Assembly: GCA_951406725.2 (NCBI GenBank)
Contig: OX597815.1
Location: 45,074,001 to 45,138,000, forward strand
DNA from: Octopus vulgaris
Lineage: Eukaryota
Length of the DNA stretch: 64,000 nt
Direction of reading: 5' to 3'
The notes under the pieces are model-generated. The model saw only the letters and a program-made list of their open reading frames with translations. It was not told where the DNA came from and searched no databases. Each line of letters starts with the position of its first letter. Within the stretch, counting starts at the first letter, position 1. Below, piece by piece: positions 27,352 through 41,824 of this stretch. A program made the translations under genes and the position numbers.

Positions 27352-27527
27352 GGTAAAAAACAAGTCACAGGTAAAAAAAAGTAACGGGGAAAAATGCCGG
27401 GGGAGGGAGGTTCTAGGGAGTTTTGTCCGGATCCCATAAATTAATTGTAACTTTTTTCTGTGACTTTTTTCCTAGCCAAAATTGTAACTTTATTACTATG
27501 ACTTTTTATTCCTGTGACTTTATTACC
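27352..27527. mobile_element. Small TIR element (MITE)
   Basis: GGTAAAAAACAAGTCACAGG ... CCTGTGACTTTATTACC, with internal subterminal repeats. Confidence 0.55.
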
Positions 27528-28114
27528 GATCACCAACGGGACACCGGTCCGTTGCAAGATTGAAGGCCAGCAATTTTTGAGGGAAAGGGGATAAGTCAAT
27601 GTAATCGACCTCAGTACTAGACTGGAACTTAATTTCATAGATCCTCGAAGGGATGAAAGATAAAGTTGACTTCGGCGGCATTTAAACTCAGAAGGTAAAA
27701 AACAGTAAGATATGCCACTAAGCGTTTAGTCCGACATTGCTAACGATCCTGTCAGCTCACAGCTTTAGTGACAAAATGCTTTGCAGTGTTTAGTATCAAC
27801 CCAATTCATATCCTGCCAGTATCAACGTGTCCTTTCACCCTTCCAAGATCGCTAAAATACAGTACTGATCATGTAATGCAATCAATTTCATAGATTATTT
27901 AGTCGCCTTAAATTTGTAGAAATCTTTATTAAATTGCTCCTGTCTTCCATCTAATGTATTCTAAACACACGCGCACTGACACTTTCCTTCTTTCTCCCTC
28001 TGTATGTGTGTGCGTGTCTGCGAGTGTGTGAAAAACAACGCACACAATTATACATATACATATACCCACGTTATGCATACATATATGCACATTACATATA
28101 TATACGTTCAGAGT

Positions 28115-28482
28115 ATCGTGGAAATCCGTCGGTTACGACTACGTGGGTTCCAGTTGATCCGATCAACGGAACAGCCTGCTCGTGAAATTAACGTGCAAGT
28201 GACTGAGCACTCCACAGACACGTTTACCCTTAACGTAGTTCTCGGGGAGATTCAGCGTGACACAGAGTGTGAGACAAAGCTGGCACTTTGAAATACAGGT
28301 ATAACAGAAACAGGAAGATAGAGTGAGAGAAAGTTGAGGTGAAAGTGTACGGCAGGGTTTGCCACCATCACTTTCAGGTATTTTCGCCCAATAAACACTC
28401 ACAACGCCCAGTCTGAGAATCGAAACCACGATCCTACAACCGTGAGTCCGCTGGCCTAACCACTGGGCCATTGCGCCTCCAC
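28115..28482 (-). mobile_element. tRNA(Arg)-like SINE H1 + tail A, 11-bp TSD
   Basis: TSD ACGTTCAGAGT at 28104-28114 and 28483-28493. Confidence 0.9.
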
Positions 28483-29054
28483 ACGTTCAGAGTGAAATAG
28501 GTCCACGTCGTAGTCATTATTTTAACACACGAGATATATACATATATATACACGTATATATATATGTATACGCATATACATATATATACACAACAATATA
28601 TAAATATGTATGTGTATACGTACAGAGTATAATATGTCCACGTCGTAGTCATTAGTTTAACACACGAGAGTGAAGCACTTAATATACATAATTTTTGCAT
28701 ATACCTCGAATGTGTGAAATAAGTCTGACATTTTTTGTGACTTGGGTGATATTTGAAATTACCCGTCGACCTGCAGAAAAATATTTTAAATATGGCCCAT
28801 TCGAAACGTAGGCATTCCTACCTAGATCTCTGAACTTTCAAAGAAGATGATTATTCACATGTCACTCCCCTGCCTGGTGTCGGAAATCGGAAAGAAAAGA
28901 TTCGAAATAATACTTTACGGGTTCTAGGCTATATCTGTATTTTTATATCGGTATATTGCGTTCTATGCGTTTTTATATCGGAATTCTTTTCCTAGTGTAC
29001 ATGTTTATATTGGGCACTTACATATATTATGGACTATATATATAGTCCTAGCGG

Positions 29055-29652
29055 GGAGCGGAATCCCTGCGAGGAATATTAATCCAGTATATGAGGATGG
29101 GACAATAAATGTAAGCCAGTGTCAAAGGTGGTTCCAGAAAATCCGAGCTGGAAGCCTTGAAGATGAGTCTCGTCCTGGAAGATCTGTAGAGCTCGACCAG
29201 GATGTCCTGCAAACCCTGGTGGAACAAAATCCCATCATAACTGTTGAGGACCTAGCAGAGAAGCTTAAATTTCGTCATTCAACCATTCATCGACACCAGT
29301 GCTAGAAGAAAAACAACCATCTTTGGTTTCAAGACGAAAGGTGTTCTTCCATGTTCGGCCACATACACGGAGGATAACATTCAAAAGGCTTAAGTAGTTT
29401 GAATGGGAAACGATGCCCCACCCACCATATTCGCCGGGCATTGCCCCATTTGTTATCATTTATTCTGCAGTCTTTAAAATCATTGGACGGTTCTGGAAAA
29501 GTATTTTTTTATCAGGGAAAAGTGAATTTTAGAAGAGGAGCCTTACGAGTCTATCAGAGGTAGTAGAAAATGGAGAGTATATTTTAGATTAATTATTTTG
29601 AAAATTAAAAGAAGTATAAAAAATACCGCATTATTTATGGGATAATCCAATA
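29055..29652 (+). mobile_element. mariner transposon remnant, internally deleted
   Basis: CQRWFQKIRAGSLEDESRPGRS...LVEQNPIITVEDLAEKL and WETMPHPPYSP. Right TIR ...TTATGGGATAATCCAATA. Confidence 0.88.
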
Positions 29653-29724
29653 TATATATACATGCACACGAAGAGTGTTTCATGCAGCAATCTCAGTCAG
29701 CAAGACTGATTACACAGGCATAGA

Positions 29725-29899
<175 letters not shown>

Positions 29900-30855
29900 A
29901 CTATCAAGCATTCAATGTCAAGGGCTATAGTAGTTTCCATCTTATCTTACTGCTTTTCATCGCTTTCTCCACAGGCACCCTGCCAACACCGACAACAGAG
30001 TAAACACCACCAACGCCACCATTCTATCACCACCACCACCACAACCGCCGCCGACGCCGCCATCACCGCCACCACCGTCACCGTTTACTAATGTGTCCTC
30101 CGGGAGCTCAAGTGTCTCCGCTGAAGATTAGTGTGAAGTGGCAGTCACCTGTGAAAGCGACAGATCTGTGTCATTCTCCCTGTGTCACACCTGCATAACA
30201 CCCTCCCAACACTACCATCCACCACCTTCACCACCGCCGCTAGTACCACGACCACGACCACCACCACGACCACCACCACCACCATCGTCGTCGTCGTCGT
30301 CATCGTCGTCACCAACCTCAACATTACTACCTGCAGCATTTACCATCGCCACTACCACCGTCATTCCCATTCACCGCTTCAAGACTACCCCTCAGAACTA
30401 CCATCGTTTCTACAATCACCACCAACATACCACCACCATCAGCAGCTCCACCGTCACCCCACCACTTCCAACACTACCACCGGAACGTTTACTTCTACCA
30501 CCACTTCACCATCACCACTACTGCTGTCACATTTTGCCATGACGATTGTTGCTTCTATTATTAAAATAGCTCTTTTCCTTCTCACCCTCTTCATAAATCT
30601 CATTCTCTTCAAGAGATGGATACGTGCGCGCGCACACACACACACACGTACGTACGTACGTACGCACGCACGTACATACACATATACACACGCACACACA
30701 CACACATACGGCTATGTATTTATCCATATAGTAGTTGCCTGTATGCATATATGTACATATAATTATATATATATATATACAAAAATACATACACACACAC
30801 ACACATATAACATGTAAGCAAACAGATAAATAACGGACGATTTATAAATGTCAGT

Positions 30856-30936
30856 TCATTACAGCTGTTTCTAAAGCATTTTTAATAGATGAATTAGTAT
30901 ATTACTTCATAGTAAAACACCGTTTTCATCAGCTGA
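30856..30936 (-). ncRNA. Type I hammerhead motif with long AU-rich stem II
   Basis: TCAG-CTGATGA-...-GAAA-CAGCTG-TA-ATGA, with a palindromic stem III. Lies in a short insert between microsatellites. Confidence 0.55.
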
Positions 30937-31240
30937 TACATATAATTTCAAAACAATAGAAAAACAATCCATAAACACACCAGTGAACACATGCCTATTC
31001 GCCGGTCGAAGCTGTATATATATATATATATGTATGTATGCATGCATGTATGTATATGTATATATATATATGCAATATATACATGCATGACTGTGTGTTG
31101 CGCACTGTATAAATGCATGCGTACATACATATATATGTATGGATTTATCTGTGTGCGCGCGCGCATGCATATGTGTATATATGAACATGATTAAAAATGC
31201 AATAGCTTTATATTGTATTGGTCTTCACTGCTATAAGTGC

Positions 31241-31271
<31 letters not shown>

Positions 31272-31285
31272 TGTATGTATGTATG

Positions 31286-31343
<58 letters not shown>

Positions 31344-31347
<4 letters not shown>

Positions 31348-31760
31348 CGAATTTGATGTTTGTTCTATGATCAATGTTTCTTTATCTCTGTCTTAATCAC
31401 ATTTGAACACTTCTTTTTTGCAGTCTTATAAACCCTTTTGTTTCCATAAAAAGAGACAAAACTTATCCCTTGTATTCATTTACTCGTTGAGCACTTGTCA
31501 TACAGGCTGCATTATGAATAAACACTGTTTGGGATTTAGGACGAAAAATATCCCCATACCTTCAAGGAACGCATATATGGAATCACTTATCCATAAAACC
31601 ACTGAGTTTATTAACAGGCTAAGATGGCTTGCCTTCTTTGATTTGAAAAATAACGGAAAGGACAGCAATAATAGGAACGGAATTGAATCTCCCGATGGGA
31701 AAAACAATTATAACCTTAAAACTTATAGAAATGCAAGGCTCAAAACTTTTCATACACCCC
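31344..31760 (+). mobile_element. Penelope-like element 5' ORF fragment
   Basis: TKNIPIPSRNAYMESLIHKTTEFINRLRWLAFF...NYNLKT is typical of a PLE ORF N-terminus. Starts right after (TA)n. Confidence 0.75.
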
Positions 31761-32469
31761 TCGCATTATCTGATGTATTTTTGGATAAAATAATGTAAAT
31801 GATACGAATTTAAGGCAACTGTAGACCCTATATTTTACCATATAGGTCATCCTCATTTGATGTTTCACTCATTAATGAACTTCCTCATATAGATGCTTAA
31901 TATCTGGGAGGAAAAAAATTACGTTTTTTCGACCAATCTAACATACATTCTGCAATTTCAGTGTCTAAGATGAAAAGTGATAACACACAGAACTTTTCCA
32001 AAGCGATACATATTTCAATTATTAATTTCTAAATTATTGTGCTAGATATTATTTTGATGGAATTCATTCTCTACTTTGTAGGATTAAATCCTTCTTACTA
32101 TAGATTACATTGACCCTAGTGACGCATACACTCATCTTATCGACCTCGAAAGGATGAAAAGCAAAGTCGACATCAGCGATATGTGAACTCAGAACGTAAA
32201 GCCAAAAGAAATGCCATTAAGTCTTTTGTCCAGCATGCTAATGATTCTATTAGCTTACCACCTTCTTTATAGGATTAGATATAAGTTAAAAGAAGAACAT
32301 GCAAGCATAAATTAATGCATACATACGCATGCTCTTACATAAGTACATCGTACGTGCATAATATTTGTATACACACACATACCTGCATACATACAAACAC
32401 ACATACATACAAACATGCATACATACATAAATAAGTGAATAAATAAAACTCACTAAACTTGACTCCAGA

Positions 32470-32797
32470 GAACCTATTAGGTTCCCCTCCGAGGTACAAG
32501 ACTAGGAGGAAAGTCGCCTCACCGGCGAGTGCATAACCTAGGGTTGTTTTTATAGAAGACCAGCAGTCGCCCATGCATACCATTCTCCTCTCTCCACGCC
32601 ACCGATGTTATCCAAGGGAAAGGCCGATCCAGCTTGGCACCAGTTACGTCGCAACTCATTTCTACATCTGAGTGAACTGGAGCAACGTGAAATAAGGTGT
32701 CTTGCTCAAGAACACAACGCGCAGCTCGGTTCGGGAATCGAACTCACAACCCCACGATCGTAAGCTCGACGCTCTAACCACTAAGCCATGCGCCTTC
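32470..32797 (-). mobile_element. tRNA-derived SINE, head H2 + tail D
   Basis: GAAGGCGCATGGCTTAGTGGTTAG...GAGTTCGATTCCC and TTCTTGAGCAAGACAC. Its tail is shared with 33700-33890. Confidence 0.82.
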
Positions 32798-32839
32798 AGT
32801 CATACATATGTTATATTATGTATCTAAGTAATACTTGGG

Positions 32840-33165
32840 GAGTGAGTAGCGTACGTTAGTGATTACGGTATTCGGCTTACGATCGTAAGATCATGAGTTC
32901 AATTCCCGGAGACGCGTTGTGTCGTTGAGCAAGACAAGACACTTTATATTATGTTGCTCCAGTACTTTCTGCTGACAAAAATGAGTAGTACTTTTATTTC
33001 AAAGGGTCAGCCTTGTCACGTTCAGCGACAGATTGGATCTCCTTGTAAACTACGTTGAGTGTACACATGTCTGTGGAGCGCTCACCCACTTGCTCGTTAA
33101 TTTCACAAGCAGGTTGCTCTGTTGATCGGATCAACCGAAACACTCGTTGTCGTAACTGGAGGAGT
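32840..33165 (+). mobile_element. tRNA-derived SINE H2 + tail A, diverged
   Basis: Collinear with 8089-8400. Confidence 0.7.
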
Positions 33166-33376
33166 ACTATTTTTTTTTTTTTTGGAAGTTTTCATGCAAA
33201 ACAAGACCATGTAATTGAACCTGGAATTAGAACAGGGAAGAAAAATATGCAAGTCATGTAAACTCTTTACTGCTCTGTTATTTAAATTCTAATGACAAAG
33301 CGTTGTTTCCTACTTGGAAACCAGCTCCTCATCACCGGAAGATTTCCAAGAATTAAAAAATTTAGCAGTATATATA

Positions 33377-33460
<84 letters not shown>

Positions 33461-33588
33461 CACCTGGGGCTAAATGCATCAGTAACACCCCCACCGCCCT
33501 GCCCTGTCCCTAGCCACATTCGGATGGCTAACGTCCCTTATGTTATGGAGCAGTTACTGTATATACCTCGTTTAGAGAATTATTATTG

Positions 33589-34121
<533 letters not shown>

Positions 34122-34126
34122 CACAC

Positions 34127-34162
<36 letters not shown>

Positions 34163-34180
34163 GTAAGGATATTAAGTAAA

Positions 34181-34262
34181 GACTCTGAAGAAACTGCACT
34201 GGTATTATAGTAGGATTGCAATTCCAATGGTTACTAATCGGTGCAGTTGAAACGTCTGGATC
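34181..34262 (+). ncRNA. Minimal type I hammerhead motif, stem I broken
   Basis: CTGAAGA-AACTGCAC...GTGCAGTT-GAAA-CG-TC, between CA and TA microsatellites. Confidence 0.6.
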
Positions 34263-34297
34263 TATGTATGTACGAGTGTATATATGTATGTATATAT

Positions 34298-34356
<59 letters not shown>

Positions 34357-35787
34357 ATTAAAGGTAAAGCTATGACACTTTGTAATAATCCTTGTTATTA
34401 TTGTTGATATACATGTGTGTGTGTGTGTGCGTGCGTGTAAAATAGACTTGTAGGCGCTTAAACATGCAACTGTACACATGAACGAGAAAATATATTCAAG
34501 CGGACACTCCACTTCCACTGCAGCTACATCTGTTCACATAAGACTTTCACACACATGAGCTAATGTTAATTCTCTCAGGCGTCTTATCTGTATGTCTACG
34601 GCATTAGCGAGGGTGGTGATGGGCGCTGTTGAGTCTTATTTTCCCTCTATGTGTTTTTCCTTGACTTGTCACAACTTACAAATAGTAATACCCCCACATT
34701 TAGAACAACGAATGAAGGAACATATATACACCTGCATCAACCTGAATAAATGTCAGGACTGTGATGGTTGGCAGATTCCCCTCGGTCTATAATGTCATAG
34801 GGCAGAAATTTAGGAGCGCCACATACTGTCTCATACTCGACACAAGTCTAATGAGACAGGAGCCATCTGAAAGTTGAGCAGTCTTAGTAAACCAAAAGAA
34901 AATATATAGCAAGAAAAACAACGATATACTTCTTAAGCGACACAACATATCAAGAGTCAACGACTGACTGTATTTAGAAGTTGACAACTTGTGTATACAT
35001 CAAACTAAATGTGTAATGTTTACAAAAGCACGAACGAAAACAACCGCACATAGATTTCTATATATAAACAAGATCATATAAGATTTACTAATATGGTCAT
35101 AAAACCTGAAATGTACAGCAGAATAGAAAATAAGATGTGACCTTTATGCCTGGAAAGCAATTATGTTAAACCTAGTACATATCTCAAACACACACTGCAA
35201 GAAGTACATACAAAAAGACATGCGTATGTGTTGTTGGAGAGTGAGACATTAGATCCCCGAACCGCACTTTCGGTCGTTAGATTCATCACACCAGCCTGAT
35301 GAGGAATAATGATTATTTCTCTCTAGATCAATAACGAGGAACCGTGATTCTTGATAATAAATCTCTCGCATAAATTAACACATATCACACTCTTCCAGAC
35401 TGGCCAGATAAAGTTGTATTGAGCATTTTTATGCTGTTTTTTTTTTTCGGGAAAATAAATTATATGTGTGTAGGTGAGGTGTGTGTTGGAATAAAATTAT
35501 GGAACGCTAGATGTAATACACAGAGACATATATATATATAAACACACATACATACACATGCAGAGATACATATAAATGTTTGCGTGAATATATGCATACA
35601 TATATGTATGTATGTATGTATCTGAATATATATATATATGTATGTATGTGTATGTATGTGTGTGTATGTATGTATGTATGTATGTATGTATGTATGTATG
35701 TATGTATGTATGTATATGTGTATGTATGTATGCATGCATGCGTATCTATGTGTGTATATATGTGTGTATATATGTCTAATATAAGGT

Positions 35788-36063
35788 AATATTTATTCCC
35801 ACTTAAAAGTGGTTGTTGCGTTAAAACACAAAAATACTACGTTATTTACCATGAGAGAACTTGGGCTGCATAAAAGCGCTCGTGTTTATAACACAAGTGG
35901 GAGATAATCGTCTACTACCGCTGCTGGAACTGCCAGGGCATGTGATTTCGGCCTTCCTTGGCCTTGCATTTATACACCACAAGTCCATATGAGATCTCTT
36001 ATGGTAAATAACGCAGTATTGTGTGTTAACGCAACATCCGCTTTTAAGTGGAAGAATAATATT
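35788..36063. mobile_element. Foldback/MITE with ~65-bp imperfect TIRs
   Basis: CCACTTAAAAGTGGTTGTTGCGTTAAAACACA...TTATTTACCAT against ATGGTAAATAA...TGTGTTAACGCAACATCCGCTTTTAAGTGG. Confidence 0.8.
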
Positions 36064-37452
36064 CTCACTAAAAGGCAGTAGGGTAATAGAAGTGTTATAA
36101 TACAATTCTAGATGCATAGCAGTAGATTGTTACTTCTTTTTTACTATCACTTCTGGTAACGGAAATTCTATCCACTTTAACATTCATATTATATATTTCT
36201 CAAACTTGTTTTAGTTTTACACTGCAGTCATATTTGTTTTCTGTCCCTATATCGAGGTAGTGTAATTGGCAGAAAAGGGTAGGTCGTCAGATAAAAAGTA
36301 TCTAACCGCTCTTAGTTACCTCACATTATGATCTGTGTTTTAAAATACAGCCAATGTTGATTTTGCTTTATTTTCTCGAAATAAATTCTAATCAAGAATT
36401 GAGCTTCATATAACTGACTATGTGTAGTCATCTGCCCGTTAGACATTAGTGTTAAGGATGTTGTTTAAAGCCGCTATGTTAAGGCATGTACTGTAGTCGT
36501 TTATGTAAGTCGTGATAACTTATATGTTTTCCTGACGTAAGTCTATAGTGTTTTATTTAAATTAAACGCTAATTATCTTGTGGAAGCAGAGGAGAGATAG
36601 TTAAATATCTCCAATTTCGAGAAAGACTATTTGTATTTATGAATTGGTATTTGTTTCCACCGTGGAGGTAGAAAGATTACTTTTAAAATGGTCGCACTCT
36701 TTTGTGACGAGAGATATAGTAATGGTGGTATCTACCTTCATACTTCAGAAGAAGAAGAGAAGGAGTTAGGTAAGTTTACACAAATAGAATTCAAAGAACT
36801 GACAGTTGAAATTCAAACAATGATACAATTAATGAGAAAATTATCAACACAGATAATGAGAAAATTAGAGACACTGATAATGAGAGAATTGGAGGCGCAA
36901 ATAATGAGCAAATCAGCAGTAATTTCGGAAAATATATTAGATATATAATATACAAACTAACAAAAAAACTACTAGCAACAACAATGTCGGCAACAGTAAC
37001 ATAAACAAGATCAGTAACGTTAGAAGCGAAGTAGTCATCGCCGTCAAAACAATTCAAATTGAGGGGGAAAATGTCGAAAATGGAAATATTAAATGGACGA
37101 AATTACATCGTTGCCCCTCACAGACAAGTGAGTCGAGATCAATGATTCTCAGCCATGTTACTCTACTGAACCTCCATAGGTATTTGGTGAGTATAAAAAA
37201 AACATCCTACTGCATTTTTATATAAGAAATTCTGTTAAAAAATTGAAATATTTTGTGTATTGTAGAAGTATAATTTATTGCACATAAACTTTAACCAAAA
37301 TCTTATATGGAACCCAAGGGCCATGTGGATCCCCGTTGAGAATCACTGGTTTGAAGGAGGCAAACATAAAATACGTGAGGAAAAGTTTCATTTTTATTTA
37401 TTCATTTATTTATTTGACGCCGTTTGTTTTGTTTTCATGTTATTATACAAAA

Positions 37453-37875
37453 AAGGCTGCAAACTGGCAGAATCGTTAGCACGCTGGGCAAACTGCTTAG
37501 CGACATTTCGTTCGTTTTTACGTCCTGAGTTCAAATTCCACCGAAGTCGACTTTACCTTTCATCCTTCCAGGGTCGATGAAATAAGTACCAGTGGAGCAC
37601 TGGGGTCGAAGTAATTGACTTATCTCCTCCCCTCAAATTTAAAAGCCCTGCGCATATAGTAAAAAGGTTATAAATTACAATAAGGCGGCGATCTGGCAGA
37701 ATCGTTAGCACGCCGGGCAAAATGCTTAGCGGGATTTCGTCCGTGTTTACGTTCTGAGTTCAAACTTCCGCAGAGGGCGACTTTACTTTTATCCTTACAC
37801 AGTGGAGTCGATGTAAACGACTAGCACCCCCGACCCCAAATTTCAGGTCTTGTGCCTATAGTAGAGAGGATTATT
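37453..37875 (+). mobile_element. Two tandem Meta-domain S3 SINEs
   Basis: Heads at ~37453 and ~37682. Confidence 0.85.
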
Positions 37876-39289
37876 ATAAAATACAAATGACAAACCACAG
37901 AAAAATTGAATTGAAATCTGAGTCGACAAACATTTGCGAGAGCTACATTACAAGATATACTAATGGTGATATAAGGCTTGTATGTCAAACATAGAGAATG
38001 CATACCACAGCTTGGTTCTTTCACTGAGCTTCGATCCTACCTCAAACGAAACCCAAGTTAAGCGCCTGGAATTCGATATGGTACCAAATGCTCACAACTC
38101 TCTACGTATTGGGCAATGCAGTCGATTGACCATCTACCTGTGTATGTATGTGAGGATATAACAAGAGCATGAGTGACAACATTCTGGGGCACACTTAAAC
38201 GTTGATAAGTTTGCATTGAATAGCTTTTTTTCCGTGGACATTTCTTTTCAGAGTTCAAAAATCCTTCGCTTGATACTGCTAAATAGGTGTTGTCAGTTCA
38301 GGATAAGCATTAATGTCATCACCAGTAGAGATATTTTCCTCTCAACGTCTTTTAGTGTCTGCAAAAGGATGGAATTATAACGCAGATAACAGACATATCC
38401 ATTTGTCCATTGAGTCCATTATACAGTTCGCACTCTTTTGCTCTTCGACAAGGAGTTACTGGCAATTTTCCTCTATATTGTAGCTGTGATGGTAAAGGTA
38501 GTATTTAGAACGAAGCTGAAATGGCTAATAACCAGGTTATTTTTCTCCGACGGAACTATTAACTTTTTTTAATGACCACTTGACGCGGAAGGTGAAGGTG
38601 GAGAGACAAGTACTAACTTCCAGTAAGTTTCATAATAAAATGTTGTCCTTTAGCCCTAGGTCAGGCCCGATCAAGCAAACTTACTATGGAAGGTATTCAA
38701 CCTTGACAATCTTGTGTTCCTGCGTATTTAGGAGTACATTGTAGAATACAAACCCTTCCTTTTTTTATTTTTAGGTAGGATATGAATAAAATAAATTCGG
38801 TTACTATTTCTAGCAAGTCAAGCGACTGTTAGAGACTCCCTTAGTCTAGCCTAGATGAGTAAGACTGGTAGATGAAACCACCAACCCTTTAGTTTCATCA
38901 GGAATTTGCATTTGGGAGAAAGCACAATTTCGAAGCAGAGAGTGGCTGGCATTTTAAAATACGCTGAAACTCGATAAGTTTGTTAGCAGAATCGGTAGAG
39001 CGCAGAACAAAATAGCAGTAGATTGCGTTCGAATCATGCTAATGTTGATTCTGCCTTTCATCTCTATGAGAACGATAAAATAATTACCAGTTATGCACTT
39101 GGGCTGGAGCCAAGTACTGCATGTAACTGTGTTTAACTCTGAATTAAAATCGACCACATTATAACCACATCCAATGCCGTCTTAAACGTGGACAAACGTG
39201 GTAGTTTCCCGGGGGCCCTACGGGTCTAGAGGACCACTTCTAATTCAGGTATGCTGTGGCTTACTATCAAGGAGGCATTTTGACAAATT

Positions 39290-39786
39290 CTCGTTTATTA
39301 GAAAGCAAGAGGACCTACGACAAAGGTAGTGAAGTTTGGAGGTTAGAGTCTGATGCTTTGGAGATACATAAAAAGTGATGGTTCAAAAAAGTTGGTTAAA
39401 ATTGACGGTACTTGAATAGTGCCAAATACATTCAGTTGCTGAAAGACAATTTGATACCAAACTTGGATGAAGGTGAGATCTTTCAGCATGACGGAGCTCC
39501 ATTTCACAGATCGCGTACTACACAAACAAGTCTGGCTGATGAAGGTGTTACCGTATTGAAAGATTGGCCAGCTCAGAGCCCTGACTTAAATATCATCGAA
39601 CAAATGTGGACAGAACTAAAGAGAAGAGTTCATCAGAAGAATCCACGCAATATTGCAGTGTTGTAGGAGCTCCGCCACAGATAATGGCATCTCATACCTG
39701 TGAAGATGGTGAAGGAATTGTACGCATCTCTTCCAAGGCACTTTGAAGCAATTATTCAAGCTAAGGGAAGCCACATGAAATATTAG
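39290..39786 (+). mobile_element. Tc1-like transposase C-terminal remnant (D35E spacing)
   Basis: KFGG...FQHDGAPFH...WPAQSPDLNIIEQMW...IIQAKGSHMKY*, with several stops. Confidence 0.92.
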
Positions 39787-39809
39787 TAATGTACAGTAAC
39801 TTCTTAAAA

Positions 39810-40014
39810 TGAAGAAAAGAACAACATGAAATGATAAGACAAACTGGGTATACGAAGAACGAGAGAAACATTCACGTTGTTTTCGTATTTCGTATTTCAT
39901 GCTGTTTACGTTTTTGTGACGTCCTGTACCTTTACTCTCTCTCTCTCGTTGCTCACGCGTGACCATCGTCCATGTTTCTTTTCCTCACGCGATCATCTTT
40001 CTTTTCTTTCAGTT

Positions 40015-40058
<44 letters not shown>

Positions 40059-40411
40059 AACTGAAAGAAAAGAAAGATGATCGCGTGAGGAAAAGAAAGA
40101 TGGACGATGGTCACGCGTGAGCAACGAGAGAGAGAGAGTAAAGGAAAAAGAAGGGAGAGAGAGAGGCGGATACAAAACGGGGAAGAGGAGAAAAAGAATT
40201 AGAGAAAGGATGAGAGAGAAAACGAAAGAGGGAGAGAGAGAATAGTACAGGGTAGAGTCGCATCAAAATTATTAAGATAAACTTATTTCGATGCGACTCT
40301 ACCCTGTACTATTCTCTCTCTCCTCTTTCGTTTTCTCTCTCATCCTTTCTCTAATTCTTTTTCTCCCCTTCCCCGTTTTGTATCCGCCTCTCTCTCTCCT
40401 TCTTTTTCCTT

Positions 40412-40451
<40 letters not shown>

Positions 40452-40910
40452 GCTCACGCGTGACCATCGTCCATCTTTCTTTTCCTCGCGCGATCATCTT
40501 TCTTTTCTTTCAGTTTGTCTTACAGACCAGTGGCATATTCTTATCTGTCTCTTCTATCTTTTCTCTTATCAAAGACAATATTCCCACAGCGTTTGCTAAC
40601 TTACCTCGCCTGGCATAACGGCACTCCATGTTTGTTTTCGTTTGGTTTGTTATATGTCTCTACTGTCCTGTTTTGTTACCAACTTTGACTCTCCGCAAAT
40701 CTCAAGTTTTATTTTGGTTCGCATGAACAACTCCCTTTCGAAAACTCATATTGTCGTTAATTGCTCGAAATGAGGCGTAGTTAGACAGCCGACAACTAAT
40801 GAAGGGTCGTTCTTTATGTTACTTGTCTTGTTTTCCATTTATTTCTCTCGTTGTTCGCATACCCAGTTTGTCTTCGTATTTCATGTTGTTTACGTTTTTG
40901 TGACGTACCC
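39810..40910 (+). mobile_element. Penelope-type non-coding element with direct and inverted copies around a (TA)n tract
   Basis: 40057-40263 is an inverted copy of 40290-40517. 39870-40016 repeats parts of the unit. 39810-39870 is an inverted copy of ~40810-40873. Confidence 0.72.
40745..40807 (+). ncRNA. Non-circularly permuted hammerhead-like motif, copy C
   Basis: CTCAT-A-TTGTCG-TTAATTGCTC-GAAA-TGAG...CGACAA-CTAATGA-AGGGT. Confidence 0.62.
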
Positions 40911-41639
40911 ATTTACGCATATATACATATATACATACATACATTAATTAAAATTAAATAAGATACAGGTATAATCGGCACAAGACTTTTTTCTTTCGGG
41001 AAATATTTCGTATCTCGGTGTGGAATAATTTTTTCCACAGTTTTTTCGGGTGCATTCAACCTATCTGACCTCCAAACCCGCTGCAAATTACTTTTTTTCT
41101 GGAAAAGGAAGATAGGAGGGATGATGGGGACCTCGAAGTTTCCCACCAAGGGAGTTTTGTTTCGTGGGCCTTTTTTTTCTTTTTCAGGTTATTTTGCATG
41201 CTTTCAACGAATGTAACATCGAAATCACGCGTAAACGGTTCCTTTTTCCAGAAGAGGAAATATTTGGCTGCTATTTCTAGCATGCCTTACTACGTATTTG
41301 CGTTCACACCGAAATATTTACCAGCTTTTTCCTTCCATTTATTTTCTTCATTTTATGGAAGTCAGTATTTTCTCTGTTGACATCCACCTCAGCGAGGTCA
41401 CGGATCAAGTGGAAACACATCAAACACTGTTCGCTCTTGAAAGAACAAAGTAATTTCCCACTGTCTTAGCAAGTAACAAATGGGTGGATTTGGTTTCAAA
41501 TCCAGGCAGAGCCAAACGAGGTCCTACAAGTTATTTATAATAACTGGTGTTATATCGGAGTTGAAAGAATGACGCGTACAATATTAAATATGCTAAGACA
41601 ATCTGAAAACACCTGAAACTTTTAAACGCTTACCGGTTT

Positions 41640-41779
41640 TTATGAAATTTTGGGGTTAACGGATTTGAGTTAACGGAAGCTAAATGTAACGGAAGATAAA
41701 GATTTTCAAAGTTAACGTAAAAGTTAAATCGTTAATGAAAATGTTAAGTTCGTTAATGGATTAACGGGCTTACGCCCAG

Positions 41780-41782
<3 letters not shown>
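41640..41782. mobile_element. Probable hAT element end
   Basis: Clustered TTAACGG subterminal repeats ending GCCCAGCTG. Confidence 0.45.

Positions 41783-41820
<38 letters not shown>

Positions 41821-41824
<4 letters not shown>

Noticed and set aside
33295-33350. Minus-strand TGATGA...GAAAC motif
   Set aside because: Stems I and III do not pair and C3 is missing.
35250-35330. CTGATGA plus hairpin as a hammerhead
   Set aside because: No GAAA or stem III in register on the same strand.
36688-36948. ORF with 24-nt repeats
   Set aside because: Short degenerate minisatellite with no evidence of coding.
40729-40811. Type II hammerhead reading using the upstream GAAA at 40740
   Set aside because: Stem III fails in that register. 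The permuted reading with GAAA at 40767 pairs fully.
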